Below, one piece after another: positions 26,750-35,415 of a stretch of 64,000 nucleotides of DNA (positions are counted from its first letter, which is position 1; the number at the start of each line of letters is the position of its first letter). The DNA lies in the NCBI GenBank assembly GCA_963663165.1, contig OY760175.1:4320001-4384000 (forward strand). The letters run 5' to 3'. The translations under genes and the position numbers were made by a program. The notes beneath the pieces are model-generated. The model did no database searches. It worked only from the letters and a program-made list of their open reading frames with translations, and was not told the DNA's origin. The stretch comes from an uncultured Desulfospira sp. Lineage in GTDB: Bacteria; Desulfobacterota; Desulfobacteria; Desulfobacterales; Desulfobacteraceae.

Positions 26750-27805
26750 TTATGCCACCCAATAATATAAGATGCCAATAAAAATCAGGCTCAATATCCT
26801 GAACATTTGCCCTGACAACAGCAGTTCCAGCCCCATCTTGGGGGAGAAAATGCCGACATACCGGGGGATCTGGTGTCTTAACGCCCGAATGGGAAAGGCC
26901 AGAATATTGCCCAGCAACAAGGCAATAACCGTTTGTTTAATGGTCAGTACCCCGGCATCCATAAGGGCTCCGGCAGCTGCAAAACCGGAGGTAAATTCTG
27001 CGGCAAAGCTTAATACCACCACAGATAAGGACTGCACCGGAATTAAATGAAAAGAGACATAGGCCGTAAACACCCGGTTCAGATAATCAAAAAATCCATT
27101 GGAATTCAAGATAAATACCAGGGTGTAGATGGGCAGCACCCAAACGGCAATGTTAACCATTCGGGCTGGCAGGTGTATTTTAATGTTGGGAATCAGGTCA
27201 ATAAACCGGGGCTTATCCGGATTGGCATCAGGCTCAAGGACAGCTGATTCCAGAAACAGCGCCTCAGGCTGTTTCAGATAAACCTTTCCAAACATGAAAA
27301 AAAGGACGGTTCGGCAAAGGGTAGCGGTAAAGGTCAGCAGAAAATATAAAGCCCCGGCAGCCCCGGTCAGGGGGAGCACCACAAACATGGTGGTGGGAAG
27401 GTGAAGAAAAAAGGCCGGGAACTGGTTGACATAATTGGTTAAAAATAATTGAAGCTTTGAAATTTTTTTTTGCTCATAAAATTCGAGCAGCATGGCATTG
27501 GCGGCGGTCCCTGAAATAAAAGCCGTGGTAAAGGCGGCACTGCAATGAACCCCTAAATTGGAAAAGTTGAAAAAAGGGCGTGCCACCACAGCCAGCTGAC
27601 GGGTCCAGCCAAAGGTTTCAATAACCTGGCCCGCAAACAGCCCTAAACAGATGATTCCCAAAAGCCTGAGCAGGGGAAAGCCGAGCCTGGCGGCAAGATC
27701 TTGAGGCGAGGTCCCGGAGGTCCAGGCAAGATCAATGCAGAGAATTGTCAGGGTTAGGGCCAGGGAAATCCCAAGGTGTTTCAAATTCGGTTTTTGCCGT
27801 TTCAT
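26750..27805 (-). CDS. Polytopic membrane protein (nucleoside-recognition/Gate-domain-like) in the cob operon
   Basis: 351 aa, many hydrophobic segments, two related halves; 4-bp overlap with cbiL. Confidence 0.75.
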   Translation of the reverse strand: MKRQKPNLKHLGISLALTLTILCIDLAWTSGTSPQDLAARLGFPLLRLLGIICLGLFAGQVIETFGWTRQLAVVARPFFNFSNLGVHCSAAFTTAFISGTAANAMLLEFYEQKKISKLQLFLTNYVNQFPAFFLHLPTTMFVVLPLTGAAGALYFLLTFTATLCRTVLFFMFGKVYLKQPEALFLESAVLEPDANPDKPRFIDLIPNIKIHLPARMVNIAVWVLPIYTLVFILNSNGFFDYLNRVFTAYVSFHLIPVQSLSVVVLSFAAEFTSGFAAAGALMDAGVLTIKQTVIALLLGNILAFPIRALRHQIPRYVGIFSPKMGLELLLSGQMFRILSLIFIGILYYWVA

Positions 27806-28506
27806 TTTGATGCCAGAATCAGGGTCCAGTAATCGGCGTCGCGTTTTGAAAGATCATCAATATTATCAATAACTTCTTCGTTTTCCCGGCCGCATTTTGA
27901 AACGGCCACGGCCCTGTCAAAAAGTCCGGCCTCTTTGAGGGCATCGTTGATATCGTCTATATTTTTATACGCCTTGACAATGGCCACATTCTCAATGGAC
28001 ATGAATTTTCTGATCCGGCTTCCCCCAAAGGCACCGGAGGTGACCAGCAAAGAATCTTCCCCTTCAACAAGAATCCGGTTCAGCCGGGCTGAGGCGGCAT
28101 GAAAGGAGGTAATCCCGGGAATGGTTTCAATGTCCGCCTCAGGCATGATAATGTTCATTTTTTTGAGGACATAGCCAAAGGTGGAATAGGTCATGGGATC
28201 ACCAAGGGTAAGGAAAACGGCCGTTTTCCCCTTTTCAAGTTCCGCTGCAATCTGTTTTGCGTTGTCGGTCCAGGCCTGATCCGTGGTATTTTCATCTTTA
28301 GTCATAGGGAATTTTAAGGTCTCAATCCGGGCGGCAGGAGAGATATACGGGGAGGCAATCTCCACTGCCAGGCTGTATGGATTTTTGCTTGAGGCCGCCG
28401 TAAAGATAATGTCTGCTTTTTCAATGGCCTTGACTGCCTTTACTGTTATCAGTTCCGGGTCTCCGGGACCAACCCCGATACCGTATAATTTTCCGTGTTC
28501 CGCCAT
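27802..28506 (-). CDS. cbiL: Precorrin-2 C20-methyltransferase
   Basis: LYGIGVGPGDPELITVKA, FPMTKD, FLTLGDPMTYSTFGY, IPGITS. Confidence 0.96.
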   Translation of the reverse strand: MAEHGKLYGIGVGPGDPELITVKAVKAIEKADIIFTAASSKNPYSLAVEIASPYISPAARIETLKFPMTKDENTTDQAWTDNAKQIAAELEKGKTAVFLTLGDPMTYSTFGYVLKKMNIIMPEADIETIPGITSFHAASARLNRILVEGEDSLLVTSGAFGGSRIRKFMSIENVAIVKAYKNIDDINDALKEAGLFDRAVAVSKCGRENEEVIDNIDDLSKRDADYWTLILASK

Positions 28507-28726
28507 TAATTTTCCTTTTGCTGATGGACCAGGGCAAATTCATTTGCCGTTTAAATTATCAGGCCGGTGTTCATTTTTTACTTAAATCCTTTAAAAATAA
28601 CAAACGCCTGGTCTGCCGTTCCTGTAGGGCCAAGGTACAGCATAAAAACTTCAGCGTGGAAAGTAAAGTGCAAATCCCGATCCGCCAGGGTCAATCCTAT
28701 ACGGCACCTTTGGGTTTTGTGAGGGG

Positions 28727-28781
28727 TTAGGCTGAAGGTGGTTAGGCTAAAGGGGTGCACGATCCTAAACCCCTTCAGCCT
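28727..28781. repeat. Dispersed ~55-bp hairpin repeat (TTAGGCTGAAG units)
   Basis: Highly similar inverted copy at 35215-35269. Confidence 0.85.
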
Positions 28782-29073
28782 AGATCCCTGAAAAAAAGAA
28801 AAAGGGGAAACAGGACCACCAGATATCCTGTTTCCCCCCTACAAATATGGCAACCGGTATACGCATTTATGCCATACTCCCAGGCGATAGCCTGAACCCC
28901 GGTCCGGTGTCTGGGTGACAGCCATTCCGGGAAATTAAGGTCCCCCAACCTTAACCATTTAAAAATGTTCGGCATAGCCGATACGGCAGAAAAAATATTT
29001 GCTTAACCATTGAATGCTTAAAAGGATCAGGAAGGAACCGCCTTAAGTTTCAGACGGTTTTTTGGATACGATT

Positions 29074-29089
29074 GGTTTCATGTGAAACT
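29074..29089. other. parS-like site GGTTTCATGTGAAACT (intergenic)
   Basis: Same 14-bp core GTTTCATGTGAAAC as the sites at 24028 (inverted) and 26071. Confidence 0.72.
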
Positions 29090-29169
29090 TTCATCAGGGG
29101 GTTACGGCCGGGCCGTAAAATGTACTGCACTGCAACTGCTTTCAACCCTGATTTCATGGAAAAAGACGT

Positions 29170-29198
29170 AAAAAAACCCATACCTGTAGAGGTATGGG
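29170..29198 (-). terminator. Intrinsic terminator, probable expression platform of the cobalamin riboswitch
   Basis: Minus strand CCCATACC-tctaca-GGTATGGG-TTTTTTT, about 60 nt 3' of the aptamer. Confidence 0.8.
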
Positions 29199-29261
29199 AA
29201 CCGTATTTTTCCACAATCATATTGATCTACCTAAATCCTCGCAAGCATCTCGATCAATGGT

Positions 29262-29425
29262 CCAGGCAGGTCTTCTGGCTTCCGGATCACTTTACTTCTC
29301 ACGCCTTCCCCTAAGTAATTCCAGTGAAGAGTGGCTAATGTGAGTGTCATTCCCGGTTACAGCGGCGGGTCCGCTCCTGAGTTTCACAGGATTCCCTTTT
29401 AACTGCCGTACAGCACCTGAACATT
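29262..29425 (-). ncRNA. Cobalamin (AdoCbl) riboswitch
   Basis: Minus strand AGGTG...AAAAGGGAA...GTGAAA...CCCGCCGCTGTAA...GCCACT...GGGAAGG...AGCCAGAAGACCTGCC (B12 box); upstream of the cob operon. Confidence 0.96.
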
Positions 29426-29480
29426 GTGACATTACCTTTTTGATAAAGCTGTGTCAACAATAAAAAAAAGTCTTTCCCTG

Positions 29481-30152
29481 CTATTCGGGCCGGGTGCTGA
29501 TCAGGCCGGTTTTTTCAAAGTGGACCGCACACCGGACCAGCTCGTTGGCGTGCTTTAAGTGAAGCTTGTCTTTTATCCGTTCCCGGTAGGTGCCAATGGT
29601 TTTGATACTTAAAAATAACCGCTCTGCAATTTCCCGGGTGGAAAAGCCCCTGCCGATCATTTTAAAGACCTGGAGTTCCCGGTCCGTCAGCCGGTCAATG
29701 GGAGATTTTTCCCGGGTTTCCTGGGGTTGGGAAATGTTTGAAAGGATATGCTCTTTAACCTTTTCATTGAGATAAACTTTGCCTTCCAGAACTTTGTGGA
29801 TGGCGGTAACCACGGATTCCATGGCCTCCTGTTTCATGATATATCCCCTGGCCCCGGCCGCAAGGGAGCGCTGGGCATACAGGTATTCATCGTGCATGGA
29901 GAGAACCAGAACCGGGATCTGGCTGTGATGCTGCTTGACATATTTGACCAGATCAATGCCGTCTGACGATTTTAAGGTGATATCGGCAATGATCAGGTCC
30001 GGCCCCATGGTTTCGATTTCTTTGATGGCCGGCGTGACGTCTTTGGCGCTGCCAAAGGCCTCCAGATCGTCTTCCTGGTTGATCAGTTCGGCAAGGCCGA
30101 GCCGGAAAATCGGATGATCTTCCACCAGCAGTATTTTCTTTTTAGCGAGCAT
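29481..30152 (-). CDS. NarL/LuxR-family response regulator
   Basis: VEDHPIFR REC domain; LTDRELQVF...LSIKTIGTYRERIK HTH. Confidence 0.95.
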   Translation of the reverse strand: MLAKKKILLVEDHPIFRLGLAELINQEDDLEAFGSAKDVTPAIKEIETMGPDLIIADITLKSSDGIDLVKYVKQHHSQIPVLVLSMHDEYLYAQRSLAAGARGYIMKQEAMESVVTAIHKVLEGKVYLNEKVKEHILSNISQPQETREKSPIDRLTDRELQVFKMIGRGFSTREIAERLFLSIKTIGTYRERIKDKLHLKHANELVRCAVHFEKTGLISTRPE

Positions 30153-30187
30153 AAGGCAAAGGTACCATTTTTAAAGGATAAATGCCA

Positions 30188-32392
30188 TTAGGAAATGTCC
30201 GGAGATGCCGGCATCGTAAGTTTAACCATGGTGCCGGTCTCTTTTCCCGCGGAAATCATAATGGCTGCGCCTATGATTTTGGCCCTGTAATTCATGATTC
30301 TCAGTCCCATGCCGGTTGTTTTCTTGGCATGGTCTATACCGATTCCGTTATCGGTCACGCTCAGGCCTAACTGGTCGTTTTCGGTTTCAACCAGGATGCT
30401 GACCCGGTCGGCTTTGCCGTGCCGGATGGCGTTCCTGACCGCTTCTCCGGCGATATGGTAAAGGTTGATGATCACCATGTGGTTGTCCATTTTAACACCG
30501 TTTTTCACCTCAAGGGTGCAGTTAATCCGGTGGATGGAGCGGGTCTGTTCGGCCAGTTCCTCCAGGGAAGGGGCCAGCCCCTGGTAGCAATAAACCGGAC
30601 ACAGCCCCCTGGCCAGTCTTCGGGTTTTAGAGATGGCCTCTTTGATCAGTTCCGATATCCGGTCGGAAAACAGGGCCGCATCCGGGAAATCCGTTTCAAT
30701 CTTTTTTTTCATGACCTTGACCAGCCCTTCAATGCCGATGAGGTGGGGGCAAAGGTCATCGTGAAGGTCGTTGCCAATGGCCTGGCGCTCCCGTTCTCCG
30801 GTTTCCATGATGGCCTTTTCAAGGCGCTTTACTTCAGAGACATCCCGGTGAATAATGACAGTTCCCAGAGGCTTTCCGTCCTTATCCCGGTATACGGATC
30901 CCCGGGTTATCACATCAATGAGGCGGCCGTCCTTTGCCTTCCGTTTGGTCTCAAGCAAATGGCCCGTATTCCCTTCTAAGATGGCGGCAATGCCGTCCAT
31001 GCTTTCTTTCCAGTGGGCCCGGGGAACAAAATGGTCCATTTTTTTGCCCAGGCTTTGCATCAGGGTAAACCCGAAAACCTGGGTAAAGGCCGGATTCAAA
31101 TAGGTTACTTTTCCGTCCATATCATATACAATAATGGGATCGGGAACTGCCCCCATGACGGAGCGGTACTTTTCTTCACTTTCTTTAAGGGCTTCCTGGG
31201 TTTGGTGCCGTTCTTTAATTTCCGATTGAAGCTTTTTATCATAGGCTTGGAGCCGGTCCATAAAGGAGTTGTAATAATGGGTCAGCTGCCCGATTTCATC
31301 CTTGGAATCCATCTGGATTTCCCGGTTGGAGAATCCGGCGGCTATGTCCTGGCTGAACCGTTTCATCAAGGTTTGCAAGGGGCTGGTAATGGTGGAACTT
31401 AACAAGGTGCTGACCGGCAAAAACACGGCAATGGCCGCAAGCCCGACAATCACAATAAGGTCTTTTATGGTCTGAAGCGGCGCATAAAATTCATCTAAAT
31501 AAGAAGAACAGGCCACAAACCACTCATATTCAGGAATAAAGTTAAAGGCGACCAGTTTTTTACGATGAAGTTTTTCTCCGGGATTTTTCCACGAATAGAT
31601 AAGCTTGCCGTTTTTTATTTTCATCATTTCCAGAAAAAAATCATTGGAAAACCGGTTGTCCTCAAGCACGTTGACCCCGGTAAGTTCGGGATGAATAATC
31701 ACATTGCCCTTTGTATCCATCACATAGCTGTAACCGGTTTTTCCAAACTTCAAACTTAAGATGCTTTCTTTAAAATCATTGATATCCACCAGTTTAGAAA
31801 ATTCTTTTCGATAAGAGGATACCGTGATCATCCAGTCCCAGGGTTCAAAATAAAACAGATAAAGGGCTTTGGGCCGGGGCACTTTGTCATCGGGGTTCTT
31901 CCACTGGTATTCGATATATCCGGTTTTTTTGGCAATCATCTCCTGGACAAAATTATGGTCTGATATATCGAGCCCCTCCAATTGCTTTTTGGGGTGTTTG
32001 AGCACCCTTCCGGAGCCGTCCAGAATGCAGATATACCCGTTGGTGCCGATTTTCTGGCAGAAAATGATGTCAACAGCACGGGCTTTGGCTTCTTCCAGGC
32101 TGATCTGTCCAGATCTGGCCTGGTCGTAAAGCCGGGCAATGATTTCATAATTTTTTTCAGCCACGGCCCGGAGGCGATTTTTTATGGAAACACTGACGGC
32201 TGTTTTGACGTTGTTGAGAATGGCCGACGCAGAATTTTTCAGCTCGCTTTCAATGTTGTGCTCTACGGTTTTCTTAACAATAGTATAGATGGCTATGCTG
32301 GAAAGGGTCATGATCACCATGAAACAGGCACTGTAAATAAAGAGCAGCTTGTACCGGATGGGAAAATTTTTAATTAAACGAAACGGGTTCAT
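30188..32392 (-). CDS. Sensor histidine kinase: tandem Cache domains, HAMP, PAS, HisKA_3, HATPase
   Basis: Two G.GY...HP...Y.WKNP Cache units, DEIGQL HAMP, PAS, GNDLHDDLCP H-box, DNGIG/GMGL. Confidence 0.93.
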   Translation of the reverse strand: MNPFRLIKNFPIRYKLLFIYSACFMVIMTLSSIAIYTIVKKTVEHNIESELKNSASAILNNVKTAVSVSIKNRLRAVAEKNYEIIARLYDQARSGQISLEEAKARAVDIIFCQKIGTNGYICILDGSGRVLKHPKKQLEGLDISDHNFVQEMIAKKTGYIEYQWKNPDDKVPRPKALYLFYFEPWDWMITVSSYRKEFSKLVDINDFKESILSLKFGKTGYSYVMDTKGNVIIHPELTGVNVLEDNRFSNDFFLEMMKIKNGKLIYSWKNPGEKLHRKKLVAFNFIPEYEWFVACSSYLDEFYAPLQTIKDLIVIVGLAAIAVFLPVSTLLSSTITSPLQTLMKRFSQDIAAGFSNREIQMDSKDEIGQLTHYYNSFMDRLQAYDKKLQSEIKERHQTQEALKESEEKYRSVMGAVPDPIIVYDMDGKVTYLNPAFTQVFGFTLMQSLGKKMDHFVPRAHWKESMDGIAAILEGNTGHLLETKRKAKDGRLIDVITRGSVYRDKDGKPLGTVIIHRDVSEVKRLEKAIMETGERERQAIGNDLHDDLCPHLIGIEGLVKVMKKKIETDFPDAALFSDRISELIKEAISKTRRLARGLCPVYCYQGLAPSLEELAEQTRSIHRINCTLEVKNGVKMDNHMVIINLYHIAGEAVRNAIRHGKADRVSILVETENDQLGLSVTDNGIGIDHAKKTTGMGLRIMNYRAKIIGAAIMISAGKETGTMVKLTMPASPDIS

Positions 32393-32649
32393 GGCGTGTC
32401 CTTGAAAAAAAATAATGCTAAAAAAAGCATTCCCTTGAACGGTTTTCTTTGGCGACGATCTTACTATACCATTTTGAGCGATACAAATTTTAAAGCTAAC
32501 AATAGGATTTTATAAAACCGTCAGGGTTTGTCAATGGTGAAATTTTATACCCCATTGATTGACATTTTATGATTCATCCAAAGATTAACCCCAGAGAAGA
32601 AGTGCCGTTGTCCGGTATGGGGCATTACGTTTGTTTACGGAGAAGAAAG

Positions 32650-33057
32650 GTGACGGAAAAAGAATTTGATTTTTGGCAGGACCATTCGCTGAATTATTTG
32701 AACATGGCCTTTTCCCATGACCGGCAGGAAAGAATTGAAAATCCGGACGGGTATGGAAAACGGACCGGGGACTGCGGTGACACGGTGGAGTTCTTTTTGC
32801 AAATGAAAGATCAACTGATCCAAAGTGCGTCTTACGATATTCAAGGATGCATGAACACCAATGCCAGCGCCGCCGCCTTGGCCCAGATGGTTGAAGGAAA
32901 GGATATGGCATCTGCCTGGACAATTACAGACCAGACCATCATTGAATTTTTAAAAACCCTTCCCGAAGACAACCACCATTGTGCCGAACTGGCGGTGGGC
33001 GCATTTTATCTGGCCCTTTCCGATTATGAAAAAAAAGGCCGCCGGAACAAGCCCTGA
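32650..33057 (+). CDS. NifU/IscU-like Fe-S scaffold domain protein
   Basis: GDCGDT, QGC, LPEDNHHCAELA (three conserved Cys); GTG start at 32650 preferred over ORF start 32569. Confidence 0.88.
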   Translation: MTEKEFDFWQDHSLNYLNMAFSHDRQERIENPDGYGKRTGDCGDTVEFFLQMKDQLIQSASYDIQGCMNTNASAAALAQMVEGKDMASAWTITDQTIIEFLKTLPEDNHHCAELAVGAFYLALSDYEKKGRRNKP

Positions 33058-33167
33058 TTCCATCCGGTGTTACGCATAAAAATTATCCGCCATTCTCCAA
33101 AAAGCCGTGTTCATTTGCAACGAACCATAGGGCGCCCCTTAAATGCGCGAAGATGGGGCACTGCTGA

Positions 33168-33367
33168 CAGGGCAATCGCATGTAAAAAAACAATCCACCC
33201 TGGAATGGGAAATAAGGAGAGTCTCCAAAATAATGGACTTGGGACTTGGGATATGGGACTTGGGGATTGCAGTATCCACGGCCTTACCCAAGTCCCCATT
33301 TTATACATTATTATCCTTATCATCAAAATTGATATCACCGGCAGGCAAGTTACGTGCGATCACCCTG
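33168..33367. mobile_element. 200-bp MITE, TIR CAGGG(CA/TG)ATCGCAYGTAA, 10-bp TSD
   Basis: TSD GCACTGCTGA at 33158-33167 and 33368-33377; inserted into an arm of the repeat family seen at 7159-7270; carries the heptamer-hairpin repeat. Confidence 0.9.
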
Positions 33368-33450
33368 GCACTGCTGAACAGTTACATTTTTTTTAAATGG
33401 TATGTGTGATATGTTGGCTGAACTGATTTGTAAATAATCAATTAAAGGAT

Positions 33451-35214
33451 ATGATGTATATGTTTATAACGATCTGTAAATACAAAAATTTTATCAAAAA
33501 AGATTTGCACTTATGGACCAGCGCCGTTCTGGTTGGTTTGATATTGATGGGACCCTGTGGGACCCTGTGGGCCGAATCCGGGGAATCCTCACCGACCCTG
33601 GAAACTTCAACTGCCGACACATCCCGGCCCCCTAAGGTTGAAACCCCGGACAGCACCTCGATGGATATGCTTTTGTCCATTCTTGAACTGAAAAAAAGCC
33701 TTGAAAATCGAATTTCCCAGAAAAAAACCCAGTTGGGGAACAGTTCATCTGAAACGGAAAAGGCGGAACTCACCGAAGAACTGGCCAAGCTTGATGAAGC
33801 CCTGGCCGGCGCTAACACGGATTTTGAACGGATCGCCACCGGCATTGACATCGGGATTTTTGCCCAGAAAAAAGAAGAAAAATTCAATTGGGAAGATGAG
33901 CTGGTTTCTCTGGTGGAACCGGGAATCATGGAACTCAAACAACTCACGGCCAGGGCCCGGCACAAAACCAAGCTCAAAGATCAGATCGCCTATTATGAAT
34001 CAGCCCTTCCCGTGGCCACCAAGGCCGGTGAAAATCTTAAAACCATGATCGAAAAGGCCAATGACAAAGAACTCAAAGACAGCCTTCAGGCCCTGGTGCC
34101 CGAGTGGGAGGGGGTGCAAAGCCAGGTTAAAAGCAAGCTTGAAGTCATTCAGATGGAGTTAAACAAAATAGAGGCCAAAGACCAGTCTTTGCTGGAATCC
34201 GGCCAGACCTCCATTAAAAAGTTTTTCCGCACCCGGGGACTTTTTCTTTTAATTGCCGTGCTGGCCTGCGTTTGTCTGGTGCTTTTTTTAAGGTTCCTTC
34301 ACCGAAAAGTGATCGCTGTGGTGCCCGGGTATTCAAAAAAGTACCAGCCCTTTCATGTCAAAGCCATCGGCCTGTTTTTCAGTGTTCTGACCCTGGTCAT
34401 GTCCATTTTTGTCCTGATCCTTGTGTTTTACCTGTTTGAGGACTGGGTGCTGCTTTCTTTGGTGATTCTATTGCTGGCGGGGCTTATATGGACGGCCAAA
34501 AACACCTTGCCCGGATACGTGGACCAGGCCCGGCTCATTCTCAACATCGGGCCTGTCCGGGAGGGAGAGCGGGTGGTCCTCAACGGTATTCCCTGGCTGG
34601 TCAAAAATATCAACATGTATTCCGCTCTGGAAAATCCGGACCTGGATATAACCCTCAGGGTGCCCATTGCCGAGTTAATGGACAAGACCTCCCGGGAATT
34701 CAAGTCCTATGAACCCTGGTTTCCCTGCCGGAAAGACGACTGGGTGATTCTTTCCGACGGTATAAGGGGGTGTGTCACCAGCCTGTCCCATGAAATGGTG
34801 GAGCTGGTCCAGCGCGGCGGCGCCCGGAAAACGTACCAGACCGGGGATTTTCTATCTCTAGCGCCTTTAAATCTTTCGGCGAATTTTAGGATAAAGGTGC
34901 TGTTTGGGATTTCCTATGATCTTCAGGCCGAATCCACGGGCCGGATTTTAGAAATTCTGGACCAGACCATTAAAAAACGAATCCAGGAGGAAGGGTATGA
35001 AGATTCCCTCCTCAACCTTCGGGTTGAATTCGCCCAGGCCGGCGGGTCATCCCTTGATTTTGTCGTGATTTCAGACTTTAAAGGGGACATGGCACCGTTG
35101 TACAACCGGCTTAACCGGGCCATTCAAAGATGGTGCGTGGATGCCTGCACGGAAAACAACTGGGAAATTCCCTTTCCCCAGCTTACGGTCCATAAATGCA
35201 GGGAATTAGACTGA
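33451..35214 (+). CDS. Membrane protein with periplasmic coiled coil and MscS-like C-terminal region
   Basis: Signal-like N-terminus, coiled coil, 3 TM segments, VREGERVVLNG, C-terminal WEIPFPQLTVH. Confidence 0.75.
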   Translation: MMYMFITICKYKNFIKKDLHLWTSAVLVGLILMGPCGTLWAESGESSPTLETSTADTSRPPKVETPDSTSMDMLLSILELKKSLENRISQKKTQLGNSSSETEKAELTEELAKLDEALAGANTDFERIATGIDIGIFAQKKEEKFNWEDELVSLVEPGIMELKQLTARARHKTKLKDQIAYYESALPVATKAGENLKTMIEKANDKELKDSLQALVPEWEGVQSQVKSKLEVIQMELNKIEAKDQSLLESGQTSIKKFFRTRGLFLLIAVLACVCLVLFLRFLHRKVIAVVPGYSKKYQPFHVKAIGLFFSVLTLVMSIFVLILVFYLFEDWVLLSLVILLLAGLIWTAKNTLPGYVDQARLILNIGPVREGERVVLNGIPWLVKNINMYSALENPDLDITLRVPIAELMDKTSREFKSYEPWFPCRKDDWVILSDGIRGCVTSLSHEMVELVQRGGARKTYQTGDFLSLAPLNLSANFRIKVLFGISYDLQAESTGRILEILDQTIKKRIQEEGYEDSLLNLRVEFAQAGGSSLDFVVISDFKGDMAPLYNRLNRAIQRWCVDACTENNWEIPFPQLTVHKCRELD

Positions 35215-35269
35215 AGGCTGAAGGGGCTTAGGGCTGCGCATCCCTTCAGCCTAACCACCTTCAGCCTAA
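35215..35269. repeat. Dispersed ~55-bp hairpin repeat (second copy)
   Basis: Reverse complement matches 28727-28781; starts right at the stop codon of the MscS-like gene. Confidence 0.85.
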
Positions 35270-35415
35270 TTACCATTTTTATTAAATTTACTAACGATGT
35301 CCAAATATCCTGCCTGATTATAAATGGGGTTACCCTGGAATAATATGCGCAGGGGTAGATTTGTTCGGCGAAATAATGTAGGTATGGTAGGAAAAAATTA
35401 ATAAAAAAAACCGAT

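Noticed and set aside
28518..29314. Short ORFs (60-80 aa) in the cob leader
   Set aside because: No recognisable domain or RBS; they overlap a dispersed repeat, the parS-like site, the terminator or the riboswitch.
32392..32406. TGGCGTGTCCTTGAA as a sigma-54 promoter
   Set aside because: Spacing is one base short and the -12 GC is missing.
33067..33409. Three short overlapping ORFs (75-109 aa)
   Set aside because: They are translations of the nested repeats (GLGTWDMGLG-type peptides arise from the heptamers).
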